Below are positions 24,567 to 32,553 of a DNA stretch of 56,506 nucleotides, piece by piece. The stretch lies in the IMG/VR virus record IMGVR_UViG_3300029951_000034. One strand, written 5' to 3'. A program made the translations under genes and the position numbers. The notes beneath the pieces are model-generated. The model had not been told where the DNA came from, made no database searches, and worked only from the letters and a program-made list of their open reading frames with translations. This DNA comes from a virus. How positions within the stretch are numbered: position 1 is the stretch's first letter; each line of letters starts with the position of its first letter.

Positions 24567-25919
24567 TTAGGTTTCTAGGGCTTCGGCGAGATCGCGTCCG
24601 AACGTCCATGCGCGGGCCTTGGCGGCGTCGGTGATCGTCGGAGGTACGCGCAGCGGCACGACCTTGGCCGAACTTGTGCACACGACCGTGAGGATTGCCA
24701 ATGGCTCGTCATCGACCAGTTCGGCGCGATAGAGATCACAGGTCACGGGCCGATTGCCATACATGCCGCGCCAGATAGCCATGGCGCTCGACTGCATTTT
24801 GTGCGTGATATCCTCCCGCGAAATTGGCTTCAGGTTTCCGGCCTGAATCCATGAACTGAGCGCCAGGGTGTGGTTGTCGGGGTCATAGAGCCCGTTAAAA
24901 CGTTCCAGCATATGGCGACGGATTTCAGCGTTGGGCTCGTCGCGTACCTGCTCGAACGTAAGTGTTTCCGGCGTCTCGATGACTTGGCGCGGAACCGGAA
25001 GGCCATGGATATGCCAGAGCGAATAGCCGTCACGGTAACTGATGGATGGTTTGTCCGGCGAATGCAGGCGGTTCTGCTCGTCGAAATGCATATGGGCCGG
25101 ACGGTCCGTCAGAATGCAAAAGTCATTGAACGGATACCACCAGCCGATGTTTCGGCAGATCGTGATATGGTCGTCCAGCGCGTCATTTAGCGTAGAGGGA
25201 TAAACAGCTCCGACGCGACGCCCCCCATCCAGCCACATCCAATAGTAATCCCAGGCGCCCCAAAACCACGTCCCCATATAGGACAGTTTTTGGCCCCTGA
25301 GCTGGCCCCAGAGCTGGACCCTGAGCTGGTCCCCGAGCTGGCCCCCGAGCTGGACCCCGAGCTGGCCCCAGAGTTGGCCCCCGAGCTGGCCCCCGAGCTG
25401 GACCCCGAGCTGGTCCCAGAGTTGGTCCCAGAGCTGGCCCCAGAGCTGGCCCCTGAGCTGGCCCCAGAGTTGGCCCCCGAGCTGGCCCCCGAGCTGGCCC
25501 CCGAGCTGGTCCCCGAGCTGGCCCCCGAGCTGGACCCCGAGCTGGTCCCAGAGTTGGTCCCAGAGCTGGTCCCCGAGCTGGCCCCTGAGCTGGCCCCCGA
25601 GTTGGCCCCCGAGCTGGTCCCAGAGTTGGCCCCTGAGCTGGCCCCAGAGCTGGTCCCCGAGCTGGCCCCTGAGCTGGCCCCTCTTAGTGGAATCGGGCCA
25701 AGTCTTGGTCAGCAGGTTAATATAGAGTTCGGCGGCGAAGGGCGACGACAGGTGGACGAAATGGGGCCGCTTTTTTCCGATACTCTCATAGAGGCGCGTT
25801 ACAGCCGCTTCCGCGCTCTCAAAATCGGCCGGCGCGCAAGAGGTTCCGGTCTCAAGCCATTCCTTGAGGGAGGCGTCGATGATCTGACGACGTGCAGGTG
25901 TCAAGGATAACTTGGTCAT
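24567..25919 (-). CDS. 450-aa accessory protein with about 32 tandem [G/D/V]-Q-L-[G/W/R] tetrapeptides between an N-terminal domain and a Trp-rich C-terminal domain
   Basis: Continuous ORF. The C-terminal signature is ...RLHSPDKPSISYRDGYSLWHIHGLPVP...NAEIRRHMLERF... I associate this with an uncharacterised bacterial family, possibly DUF6745, but could not verify it. Confidence 0.7.
   Translation of the reverse strand: MTKLSLTPARRQIIDASLKEWLETGTSCAPADFESAEAAVTRLYESIGKKRPHFVHLSSPFAAELYINLLTKTWPDSTKRGQLRGQLGDQLWGQLRGQLWDQLGGQLGGQLRGQLGDQLWDQLWDQLGVQLGGQLGDQLGGQLGGQLGGQLWGQLRGQLWGQLWDQLWDQLGVQLGGQLGGQLWGQLGVQLGGQLGDQLRVQLWGQLRGQKLSYMGTWFWGAWDYYWMWLDGGRRVGAVYPSTLNDALDDHITICRNIGWWYPFNDFCILTDRPAHMHFDEQNRLHSPDKPSISYRDGYSLWHIHGLPVPRQVIETPETLTFEQVRDEPNAEIRRHMLERFNGLYDPDNHTLALSSWIQAGNLKPISREDITHKMQSSAMAIWRGMYGNRPVTCDLYRAELVDDEPLAILTVVCTSSAKVVPLRVPPTITDAAKARAWTFGRDLAEALET
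25291..25682 (-). repeat. 12-bp coding microsatellite, about 32.7 units
   Basis: The plus strand reads (GAGCTGGNCCCN)n. Variation is essentially restricted to two positions per unit. Confidence 0.95.
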
Positions 25920-25921
25920 GA

Positions 25922-26278
25922 CTAATCGACCACGCGGCGGACAATGCCGGGCGCGGAATATTCGCGCTGACGGGTGATTTTATAAACACCCGGCGCGAGA
26001 TCGACGGGGTGGTGATCAGCCATGGCCCCGGACGAATATTCGTGGGTCAGGACCACGCCAGCGCCTCCGACTTCGATGTAGTCCACGTCTTCCGAGCCGG
26101 CCAGGCTGAAGCCGCAGACGTTCTTGGCGCGGAGAGCGTGGCTGTGATCGTGCGATTCGCCGCGCGCGAGCACGATCCGGCCGATGTCGTCGCGCTTGGC
26201 TTCGGTGAGACCGGCGGGCAGCGCATCGATACGCTCGATGAGGATATCGCCTTGGCGGGCGAGTTTGATGGAAGTCAT
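25922..26278 (-). CDS. hypothetical protein (118 aa)
   Basis: ARQGDILIERI...LARGESHDHSHAL pattern seen in small conserved phage proteins of unknown function. ATGA overlap with the upstream gene. Confidence 0.55.
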   Translation of the reverse strand: MTSIKLARQGDILIERIDALPAGLTEAKRDDIGRIVLARGESHDHSHALRAKNVCGFSLAGSEDVDYIEVGGAGVVLTHEYSSGAMADHHPVDLAPGVYKITRQREYSAPGIVRRVVD

Positions 26279-26451
26279 GATTGTTGTTCCTTCGGTTGAG
26301 ATTCCCCGCGCACATGCACGGTGTGGTGGTTAACGAGCGCTTTCCGCATCCATGTGTTGCGCGGGACATCGCCGCGAGCGCGATCGATGGCTGCGAGTTC
26401 GGGTGCGGTGAGGCGGAAGGTGACGCGGATGGTGGGGACCGGATGGATCAT
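26275..26451 (-). CDS. ribbon-helix-helix (CopG/Arc-like) protein (58 aa)
   Basis: Internal ATG with an ATGA overlap. TIRVTFRLTAPELAAIDRARGDVPRNTWMRKAL. Confidence 0.5.
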   Translation of the reverse strand: MIHPVPTIRVTFRLTAPELAAIDRARGDVPRNTWMRKALVNHHTVHVRGESQPKEQQS

Positions 26452-26666
26452 GCGGTTGCGTCTTCCGTGACGGTCGCCGTCCAGAAATCCCAACGCGAAC
26501 CTCGGATCTGGGTTTGACGGGCGCGTTCGTCATTGGCCTCGGCAGCGCTTGCGTGAACACTGCAAACCATCGTGGCGCTTCCGCCGATCGGTTGGGCGAT
26601 CACGGCGTATTGCGGATCGGTTTCGCAGAGATGGGCAATCCGGTATCCGTTCATGTCGGTCTCCAT
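26448..26666 (-). CDS. hypothetical protein (72 aa)
   Basis: ORF in the same operon. Confidence 0.45.
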   Translation of the reverse strand: METDMNGYRIAHLCETDPQYAVIAQPIGGSATMVCSVHASAAEANDERARQTQIRGSRWDFWTATVTEDATA

Positions 26667-26711
26667 TCGTTACGCGAACCATACACCTGCGTCATATGGC
26701 GTCAATAGGCG

Positions 26712-27032
26712 TCAAGAAATCTTTTTGCGGTCCAAGAGATCAGCCGCGCACCACATAGCGGCCATCTTCCGCGCGACCAGCAAATCCGGGCGTCGTCCGG
26801 AGGCTTTGTCCTGGGCATTATACATATCTGCGAGCGCGCAAAGTTGTTGGAAGGCGTACCGAGCCTCCGTCGTGGTCGGCTTGCGATGGGCGCGCCACGT
26901 CTGGATGAGGGGGAGCATGACCTTCCCGCGAATGGCGCTCAGGTCGGCGAACGCCTGCTGGCATGAGCCGGCGCAGAAGACGCAGGAATGGTGCGTGGGT
27001 TCGAAGTCGGTTCCGCAGCCGGGGCAGATCAT
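26712..27032 (-). CDS. zinc-ribbon protein (106 aa)
   Basis: MICPGCGTDFEPTHHSCVFCAGSC. ATGA overlap with 27029..27643. Confidence 0.55.
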   Translation of the reverse strand: MICPGCGTDFEPTHHSCVFCAGSCQQAFADLSAIRGKVMLPLIQTWRAHRKPTTTEARYAFQQLCALADMYNAQDKASGRRPDLLVARKMAAMWCAADLLDRKKIS

Positions 27033-27643
27033 CGCACACTCCTCGCCATTGAGATCAGCACGTCGCGGAAGGGGATCGGGGTCGCTTCACGTATCTGCGT
27101 CTTGTGCTTGCCGCCGACCATCGCGGCCCATCCTTTGCGGCGCGCCGTCGCGTAGTTGTAAAGCTCTAGGGCGCGGGGATGCAGCCTTTGGGCGCCGAGG
27201 CTCCAGTTGAGATCGGGAAGGTCCACGCCGACCGCATAGAGCCACGTCGGTTTGTTGGCGGGATGGCCGTAATGGCCCTGCTCAACGTAGCACGTCCAAC
27301 CGCGGGCACTCGCCGTCATCCAGTCAGCCGCGATCCATCCGGAGCCACGCGTCGGCTTCGTGAGCCCGAAATAATCCCAATCGGCCGGATGCTCCAGAAC
27401 GCCACCGAAGCCCCGGACGCTGGCGAGAGCGGCGGCAAAGCATCCACCGTCGTCGCCCAACTTGAATTGGTGCGGCTTGCGCGGAGAACCGTGCCAGAAC
27501 CGACCCCACCGCTGGCATGGCGGATGTGCGACCACAGGGTAAGGGCCATCGTACCGGCGAGCGTCCCGGCCTTCATCCCAGACATCGACATCGGGTAGCT
27601 CGGCGTAGCAGCCATCAGTCTGCACGTAGAGCGCGGCGATCAT
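27029..27643 (-). CDS. C5-methyltransferase-like protein lacking a recognisable SAM-binding motif I (204 aa)
   Basis: VVAHPPCQRWG (PCQ-like), GGVLEHPA (ENV-like), and C-terminal ATPIPFRDVLISMA (motif-X-like). No FxGxGG was seen. Confidence 0.5.
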   Translation of the reverse strand: MIAALYVQTDGCYAELPDVDVWDEGRDARRYDGPYPVVAHPPCQRWGRFWHGSPRKPHQFKLGDDGGCFAAALASVRGFGGVLEHPADWDYFGLTKPTRGSGWIAADWMTASARGWTCYVEQGHYGHPANKPTWLYAVGVDLPDLNWSLGAQRLHPRALELYNYATARRKGWAAMVGGKHKTQIREATPIPFRDVLISMARSVR

Positions 27644-27888
27644 GCCGCATACAGGCTGGTTTCATGGATTGCCAGTTCGCCACCATCGGCGAAGCGGACG
27701 ATGTGCCAGACACCATCGAGATATTCCCCCGGCGCTTGATAGCGGCCGATCTGGAAACCGTCGCCGACCTTGCGGTCATTTACGCCGAAGTTGAAACCAG
27801 CCCGAGCACGGCGGATGGTGACGGGTTCGTCACTCGCGCCGGGGCTAGTGACTTTTGCGAAGGCTTGTTGTCCGTGCTTGAAGGTCAT
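27640..27888 (-). CDS. hypothetical protein (82 aa)
   Basis: AAGGAG RBS. ATGA overlap with the next gene. Confidence 0.55.
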   Translation of the reverse strand: MTFKHGQQAFAKVTSPGASDEPVTIRRARAGFNFGVNDRKVGDGFQIGRYQAPGEYLDGVWHIVRFADGGELAIHETSLYAA

Positions 27889-28016
27889 TTAGTGGCTCCT
27901 TGTTCGTTGATAAGGACCATGACACCGATAATCCGGACAGTCAAGGACCATAACAAACTTTGGAGCGGGTTTCTGGCGAAGCAGGGGCCAAAATCAACCG
28001 GGGGATGGCGTCGATA

Positions 28017-28036
28017 TAGCCACGGGCGCGTGGCTA
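28017..28036. other. perfect 8-bp stem / 4-nt loop hairpin in a 246-bp intergenic gap (possible terminator or protein-binding palindrome)
   Basis: TAGCCACG-GGCG-CGTGGCTA. No U-tract on either strand. Confidence 0.35.
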
Positions 28037-28134
28037 GCCCTCAGTCCGAATCGTCATCGCTGTACGTCGGCACCCGATCCGGCTCGATGTCCGGCAGTTG
28101 TCGCGCCACGCTGGATGTGGGGTAGCCGAGGCGG

Positions 28135-28911
28135 TCAGTAACCGAACACCTCAACGGCCTTCGCTTTGGTCGCGGGATCATTGAAGTAGAACGATTCCGA
28201 CGAATGCGGCACTATGGCCGCCAGTTCATGAGCATCGTCGGACAATGCCAAAAACCGGCCAAGACGTTGCGCCGAATACGTCAATTCGCGCATGGCGATG
28301 TCGTATTGTTCTTTGGTAAGGGTGTGTTTTTCCGACCGCTTGTCGCTGACGTAAAAAAACCGGACACGCTTGTCCATGTGCGCGGTCTTGTAAACCGACG
28401 CCTGACGAATATGGGTTTCCGACATCGACGAAGGAACGCGCAACGTACTCTTGAGGTCCAGAATCTCTTCCGGATACATCCAGTCGAGATAACCGATGAC
28501 CGGCACATCGACGCCTTCAAGACGTATCTCGACCTTGTGTTGCGGCGCGGTTCCAAAGCGGCCCGGTTCGTTCGGCGTTATCGGCACGCCGTGCTCGCGC
28601 AGCGCCAGTCCCTGCTTGACCATGCCGGGGATAACCAGCCGCTCGGCGTCGCGCTTGGGATCGCCGCTCAACGCAGTCAATTTGTCATAGACCGGGAGCG
28701 CCGCCGAAACGCAGGCGTCAAGTGTGGCGGCGTGGTCGAAGAGGCCGAGGCTGACTCCGACTTCAGTCGCCGTGCCACGGTGCGCCGAGGCGCCCATCTG
28801 GCCGCGAAAGCCGAGGAGTTTTTCGAGCACCCAGAGGGAGGGCGCGTTGATCCAACTGTTGATGCTGGACGGCGAAAGATGCTCGATACCGTGCTGTTCA
28901 AAGGGATTCAT
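28135..28911 (-). CDS. PD-(D/E)XK (RecB/Cas4-family-like) nuclease
   Basis: ...IGYLDWMYPEEILDLKSTLR... (D...D/ExK) and HIRQASVYK (QxxxY). Confidence 0.7.
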   Translation of the reverse strand: MNPFEQHGIEHLSPSSINSWINAPSLWVLEKLLGFRGQMGASAHRGTATEVGVSLGLFDHAATLDACVSAALPVYDKLTALSGDPKRDAERLVIPGMVKQGLALREHGVPITPNEPGRFGTAPQHKVEIRLEGVDVPVIGYLDWMYPEEILDLKSTLRVPSSMSETHIRQASVYKTAHMDKRVRFFYVSDKRSEKHTLTKEQYDIAMRELTYSAQRLGRFLALSDDAHELAAIVPHSSESFYFNDPATKAKAVEVFGY

Positions 28912-29144
28912 TTGAATCGATCCATGGCTACACTTGAAAGTTGATGCTGTTTGAAAATTTCCATTGCGTGCGCGGCCTGATCGCGTGCGTCGTCAAGCGC
29001 GTTATGGTGCGTACCTAGACGCCTCATATCAGCGGCGATCGGATGCGCCTCGGCCGCATCGTCTATGCGAGCCCAGTCCATCGGATCGCGCGCCCTATCC
29101 ATCGCCTCGGCGTCGGCGTCGCTCAGATAGTCAGGGCCGCTCAT
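28908..29144 (-). CDS. 78-aa protein resembling only the ExoIII motif end of DEDDh 3'-5' exonucleases
   Basis: LGTHHNALDDARDQAAHAMEIF corresponds to HxAxxDA. No ExoI or ExoII motifs are present. Confidence 0.4.
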   Translation of the reverse strand: MSGPDYLSDADAEAMDRARDPMDWARIDDAAEAHPIAADMRRLGTHHNALDDARDQAAHAMEIFKQHQLSSVAMDRFK

Positions 29145-29440
29145 TCGCCTTCCCTCCCGGTATTGGAGACGGGACGGGCGGAAAATAGATGAATAATGCT
29201 GGGATCGTTAGGTGGCGCGCCCCATTCGATCTGTTCGCATTCACCATCCGTATTGACGTAGGCCCATGCGACGGGTTCCGCCCTTCCCGGCGGCGTCCAG
29301 CCTGCGGCGGTCAGGGCGTCGAGGGCGGTGATGGCTTGCTGACGGGCAACCGCCGTGTCTTGGGTTATGGCGACAATTTCTGTCGTCTCGGGTTCCGCCG
29401 TCTCGACGCCGAAATCATCCTGCACCTTAGCTCGCGCCAT
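29141..29440 (-). CDS. hypothetical protein (99 aa)
   Basis: ORF with ATGA overlap to the downstream gene. Confidence 0.5.
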   Translation of the reverse strand: MARAKVQDDFGVETAEPETTEIVAITQDTAVARQQAITALDALTAAGWTPPGRAEPVAWAYVNTDGECEQIEWGAPPNDPSIIHLFSARPVSNTGREGE

Positions 29441-29597
29441 TTTTCCGCTCCTTCATCTTCGCTTCCAGCTTCTCGCGATCGACAATCCAGTCACGTCCTA
29501 TCTTCTCGCCGATATCAAACCGCCAGCACCAAAGCCAAACGGCCTGGCGCGACACCTTGGCGTAGGCCGCCGCTTCCGGAATGGTCATGCGTTCCAT
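29427..29597 (-). CDS. excisionase/MerR-type helix-turn-helix protein (56 aa)
   Basis: Internal ATG. MTIPEAAAYAKVSRQAVWLWCWRFDIGEKIGRDWIVDREKL. It is the first gene of the leftward accessory operon. Confidence 0.55.
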   Translation of the reverse strand: MERMTIPEAAAYAKVSRQAVWLWCWRFDIGEKIGRDWIVDREKLEAKMKERKNGAS

Positions 29598-29607
29598 GCC
29601 GAGAATG

Positions 29608-29635
29608 TTGACACGGTAATTTATCGTCGTAAAGT
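29608..29635 (+). promoter_or_regulatory. candidate sigma70-type promoter for the replication operon
   Basis: TTGACA, 16 nt, TAAAGT. It shares GTTGACACG with the boxes at 18062 and 43425. Confidence 0.4.
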
Positions 29636-29682
29636 CCCTATCGTGATCGCGTGATGCGACACAGGAAAATGGAGAGACTGAT

Positions 29683-30324
29683 ATGGCCCTTGGCCTCAAT
29701 ACCGAAGCCGCGAGCGGCGAATTCAATGCCATCGTGAAATACGATTCCCGCGCCGGGCGCATGTTCCGGGTCGATCGCGAGCAATCCTCGTCCGGCTCAT
29801 GGGAAACCGAGAACGTCGAGATCACGGACAGCTTTCAGGCGATCTTCAACCTGCCCGAGATCGAGGTGGGCTGGGCGCTGTTCGCGGCCGGCGTCGCGCC
29901 GTCGTTCGTGATGGTCAAGCTGGGCGAGGCGTTGCCGCCGAAGCCGGGCGACACCTTCAAGCAGACCTTCCGGCTCAACATCAAGCTCGGCAAGTCGTGC
30001 GGCGGCGACGTGCGCGAGTTCGCCAGTCAGGCCAAGGTCTGCATCCATGCCCTGGATGCGCTCCATACGGCCTATGAGGCGGCGCGCGACGCCAACCCCG
30101 GCAAACTCCCTGTTGTCGCCCTCAAAGGCTCTACGCCCGTCGTCAGTTCCGGCAAGCAGGGGTCCAGCACCAACTATATGCCAACTTTCGAGATCGTGGC
30201 CTGGGCGCCGACACCGCCTGAGTTTGGCGGCTCGGTCGGTTCGGTGAAGGGCGAAACGCTTCCCAAGACGACGCCGGCCACGGCGCCCAAGAAGGCTCCG
30301 GCGCCTGTCGAATCGGAATTCTAG
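29683..30324 (+). CDS. hypothetical protein (213 aa), possibly a DNA-binding replication accessory protein
   Basis: GGAGAG RBS. It sits directly upstream of the primase/helicase gene. No motif was recognised. Confidence 0.5.
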   Translation: MALGLNTEAASGEFNAIVKYDSRAGRMFRVDREQSSSGSWETENVEITDSFQAIFNLPEIEVGWALFAAGVAPSFVMVKLGEALPPKPGDTFKQTFRLNIKLGKSCGGDVREFASQAKVCIHALDALHTAYEAARDANPGKLPVVALKGSTPVVSSGKQGSSTNYMPTFEIVAWAPTPPEFGGSVGSVKGETLPKTTPATAPKKAPAPVESEF

Positions 30325-30423
30325 ATTGACCGTCCCTTAGGAAAGGACAAAACATTGAGCCCGGCCAGCCATCACACTGCGCCGGGCTCAACATTTAGTG
30401 GGGGCTGACGTGCTGGCGTCAAC

Positions 30424-32553
30424 ATGTCGAATTTAGAAGACAACGACCCATCGGTCAATAATGTCGCACCAATCCTGTCGCCCGATACCGAAGCGATGGG
30501 CGCGCATCTTCAATTGCTGTTTGGACGCGCCACCGAAGGCAAGATCGAGGTCACCGGACTTGGCCCGGATCGAAAGGTCAGGACACGATTTTTTTCGGTG
30601 GATCAGACTGACGCCGCCGTCGAGTTCGGCGCGCTGATCAATCGTGATCCAGGCTGCAATGTCTATGTCGGCGCGGCGCTACGCAGGGACGATGTTTTTC
30701 CTGGCCGCGCGGCCGACGATGGCGATTTCCTGAAAACCTATGTCGTCTGGGCCGATGCGGACGACGACGATCAGGTCACCAGCGCCAGAGAAACCTATCA
30801 CACCCTGCAGGTTGTGCCGCCGGTCGTCGTGGTTACCGGGCGCACCCCGTCACGACGCGCTCAGATGTGGTGGCCGCTTGAAAATCCCATCTCGGACATA
30901 GATGCTCTTCGGGGCCTTCTGCGCGGCGTAGCGGCCACCCTCTCCACCGATCCAAAGGTCTGCACCGGAAAGCAACTCATGCGTCTGGGCGGCTCTCTGG
31001 CGTGGCCCAAGAAGGATGGTCGAGTTCTGGAGCGCACCGAGTTTCTCCAAGTCGAAAATACCCAGCGCGAATTCCTGACCGAACAACTCACCCGCGCCTT
31101 CCCCCCGATCGAGCGGGGCGCCTCCGGTGAAATACCAGATATCACCATCACGCCCACCGGCGCGTTGGGTCTCGCCGAACAGATCATGGACGGACGTGAG
31201 GGATACGCCTTTCGCCTTGTTCGTGCCCATCTCAAGGAATTGATCGGCACGACCGGGTGCGAGCCCACCGCCGATGAACTCTATCGATCGGCCGCCCCGA
31301 TTTTTTTCGCTAGGACCGATCAGGTACGGCCAGGTCGCGGGCCTGATTTCCTGAAGGCCAAATGTCAGGAAGCGATCAGATCATTCCATGAGGGCGTCAT
31401 ACCGGGCGCCGCCACGCTCGACGAAGCGGTGATGACGTGGGCGCAAAAGCGCGAGCCGAAAGAGTCCGAACAACACCAAGAGACAGAGGAAGACGAACCG
31501 CCCCTTGAAGACCCTCCCTTCCGCGCCTCAACGCTTCATGGCGAAGCGCCGGCACGTCAATGGGTCGTGCCGGATTGGATCGTCCAGGGGAGCGTCAATA
31601 GCCTCTATGGCGACGGTGGCCTGGGTAAGACCCTTCTGGCCCAGCAATTGGCCTGTAGCGTCTCCCTGGGCGTCCCATGGTTGGGCTTGCCCACGGCCAA
31701 GGGTTCGGTTCTCGCTGTGCTTTGTGAAGACGACAAGGGCGAACTGCATCGGCGACACAACGATATCAAATTGGCTATGGGTCATGGTGTCGGCAATCCG
31801 TTTCATGATGTGTGGCTTTGGCCGCGTGTCGGCTCTGAAAACATACTGCTCAACTGGGATACAGAGGCCAAAGCCGGAAAATTTGCAGCCAGTCTTGAAC
31901 GCACCATCAACGAAATCCAACCCTCGCTTTTGATTCTCGACACCCTCGCCGACTTCTACGGCGCCAATGAGATCGATCGCGTGCAGGTCAATTATTTCGT
32001 CAAGACCATGCTTGGCGGTCTGATCAAGCGATCGTCGTGGCCTCTCACCGTCCTGCTTCTCGGACACCCGAGCGTGCGCGGGAAAGAGAGCGAAGACGGC
32101 TTCAGCGGGTCCACGGCATGGAACAACGCCGTGCGCTCCCGCATCTATCTAACAAAGCCGAAAGATGGCGATTCCAATGACAGATTGCTAACACGAGGCA
32201 AGGCCAACTATGCCTCCAGCGGCGAAGACACCGGGCTTAAGCTGACTTACGAGGAAGGGGTTCTGCGAGCCCAGGAACATTTCGACCCAACCGACGAAAT
32301 CCTCTGGGCCTGTGTTCGCTGCGTGGTCGACGAGGTGCGAAACGCATGGGATTTCGACCGGCCATTGATGGCCGCCAAGGCCCATGACCGAAACATCTTT
32401 CGGGTCCTTTTCGGCAAGATCGTGGAACCTCCATACACCAAGGATATGGTCAAGAGAGCCATCGAAATCGCCATTGAGGACGGCCAGGTCAGTCTGCTCA
32501 ACAAACACGGAAAACGCGGTTACGGCACCGCCATGAAAGGGTCAAGTCTATGA
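30424..32553 (+). CDS. replicative primase/helicase with an N-terminal primase-polymerase-like domain and a RepA/AAA_25-type RecA-fold ATPase
   Basis: WADADDDD and VVVVTGRTPSRRAQMWWPL are prim-pol-like motifs. The Walker A is YGDGGLGKTLLAQQLA. LAVLCEDD and LLILDTLADFYG are Walker B-like. Confidence 0.7.
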   Translation: MSNLEDNDPSVNNVAPILSPDTEAMGAHLQLLFGRATEGKIEVTGLGPDRKVRTRFFSVDQTDAAVEFGALINRDPGCNVYVGAALRRDDVFPGRAADDGDFLKTYVVWADADDDDQVTSARETYHTLQVVPPVVVVTGRTPSRRAQMWWPLENPISDIDALRGLLRGVAATLSTDPKVCTGKQLMRLGGSLAWPKKDGRVLERTEFLQVENTQREFLTEQLTRAFPPIERGASGEIPDITITPTGALGLAEQIMDGREGYAFRLVRAHLKELIGTTGCEPTADELYRSAAPIFFARTDQVRPGRGPDFLKAKCQEAIRSFHEGVIPGAATLDEAVMTWAQKREPKESEQHQETEEDEPPLEDPPFRASTLHGEAPARQWVVPDWIVQGSVNSLYGDGGLGKTLLAQQLACSVSLGVPWLGLPTAKGSVLAVLCEDDKGELHRRHNDIKLAMGHGVGNPFHDVWLWPRVGSENILLNWDTEAKAGKFAASLERTINEIQPSLLILDTLADFYGANEIDRVQVNYFVKTMLGGLIKRSSWPLTVLLLGHPSVRGKESEDGFSGSTAWNNAVRSRIYLTKPKDGDSNDRLLTRGKANYASSGEDTGLKLTYEEGVLRAQEHFDPTDEILWACVRCVVDEVRNAWDFDRPLMAAKAHDRNIFRVLFGKIVEPPYTKDMVKRAIEIAIEDGQVSLLNKHGKRGYGTAMKGSSL

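Noticed and set aside
25291-25682. Regular short repeat arrays (12 bp here; 42 bp at both window ends; 51 bp at 15002; 33 bp at 16854) considered as CRISPR-like arrays
   Set aside because: There are no unique spacers between the repeats. All the arrays are contiguous tandem repeats lying in frame inside ORFs, and no cas genes are present.
23283-27643. Idea that an inversion split one C5-methyltransferase into the motif-I fragment (23283..23480, plus strand) and the PCQ-containing 204-aa gene (27029..27643, minus strand)
   Set aside because: The geometry would fit. However, I found no inverted repeats at the putative breakpoints, and the 204-aa gene is ATGA-coupled to its upstream neighbour, so there is no break at its 5' end. 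Similar ~200-aa proteins appear to exist as a stand-alone family. This stays only an untested possibility.
28908-29144. 78-aa ORF taken as evidence for a DnaQ-type proofreading exonuclease
   Set aside because: Only an ExoIII-like HxAxxDA motif is present. The ExoI and ExoII acidic motifs are missing and neighbouring ORFs do not supply them. It is kept as a hypothetical CDS, with no exonuclease function claimed.
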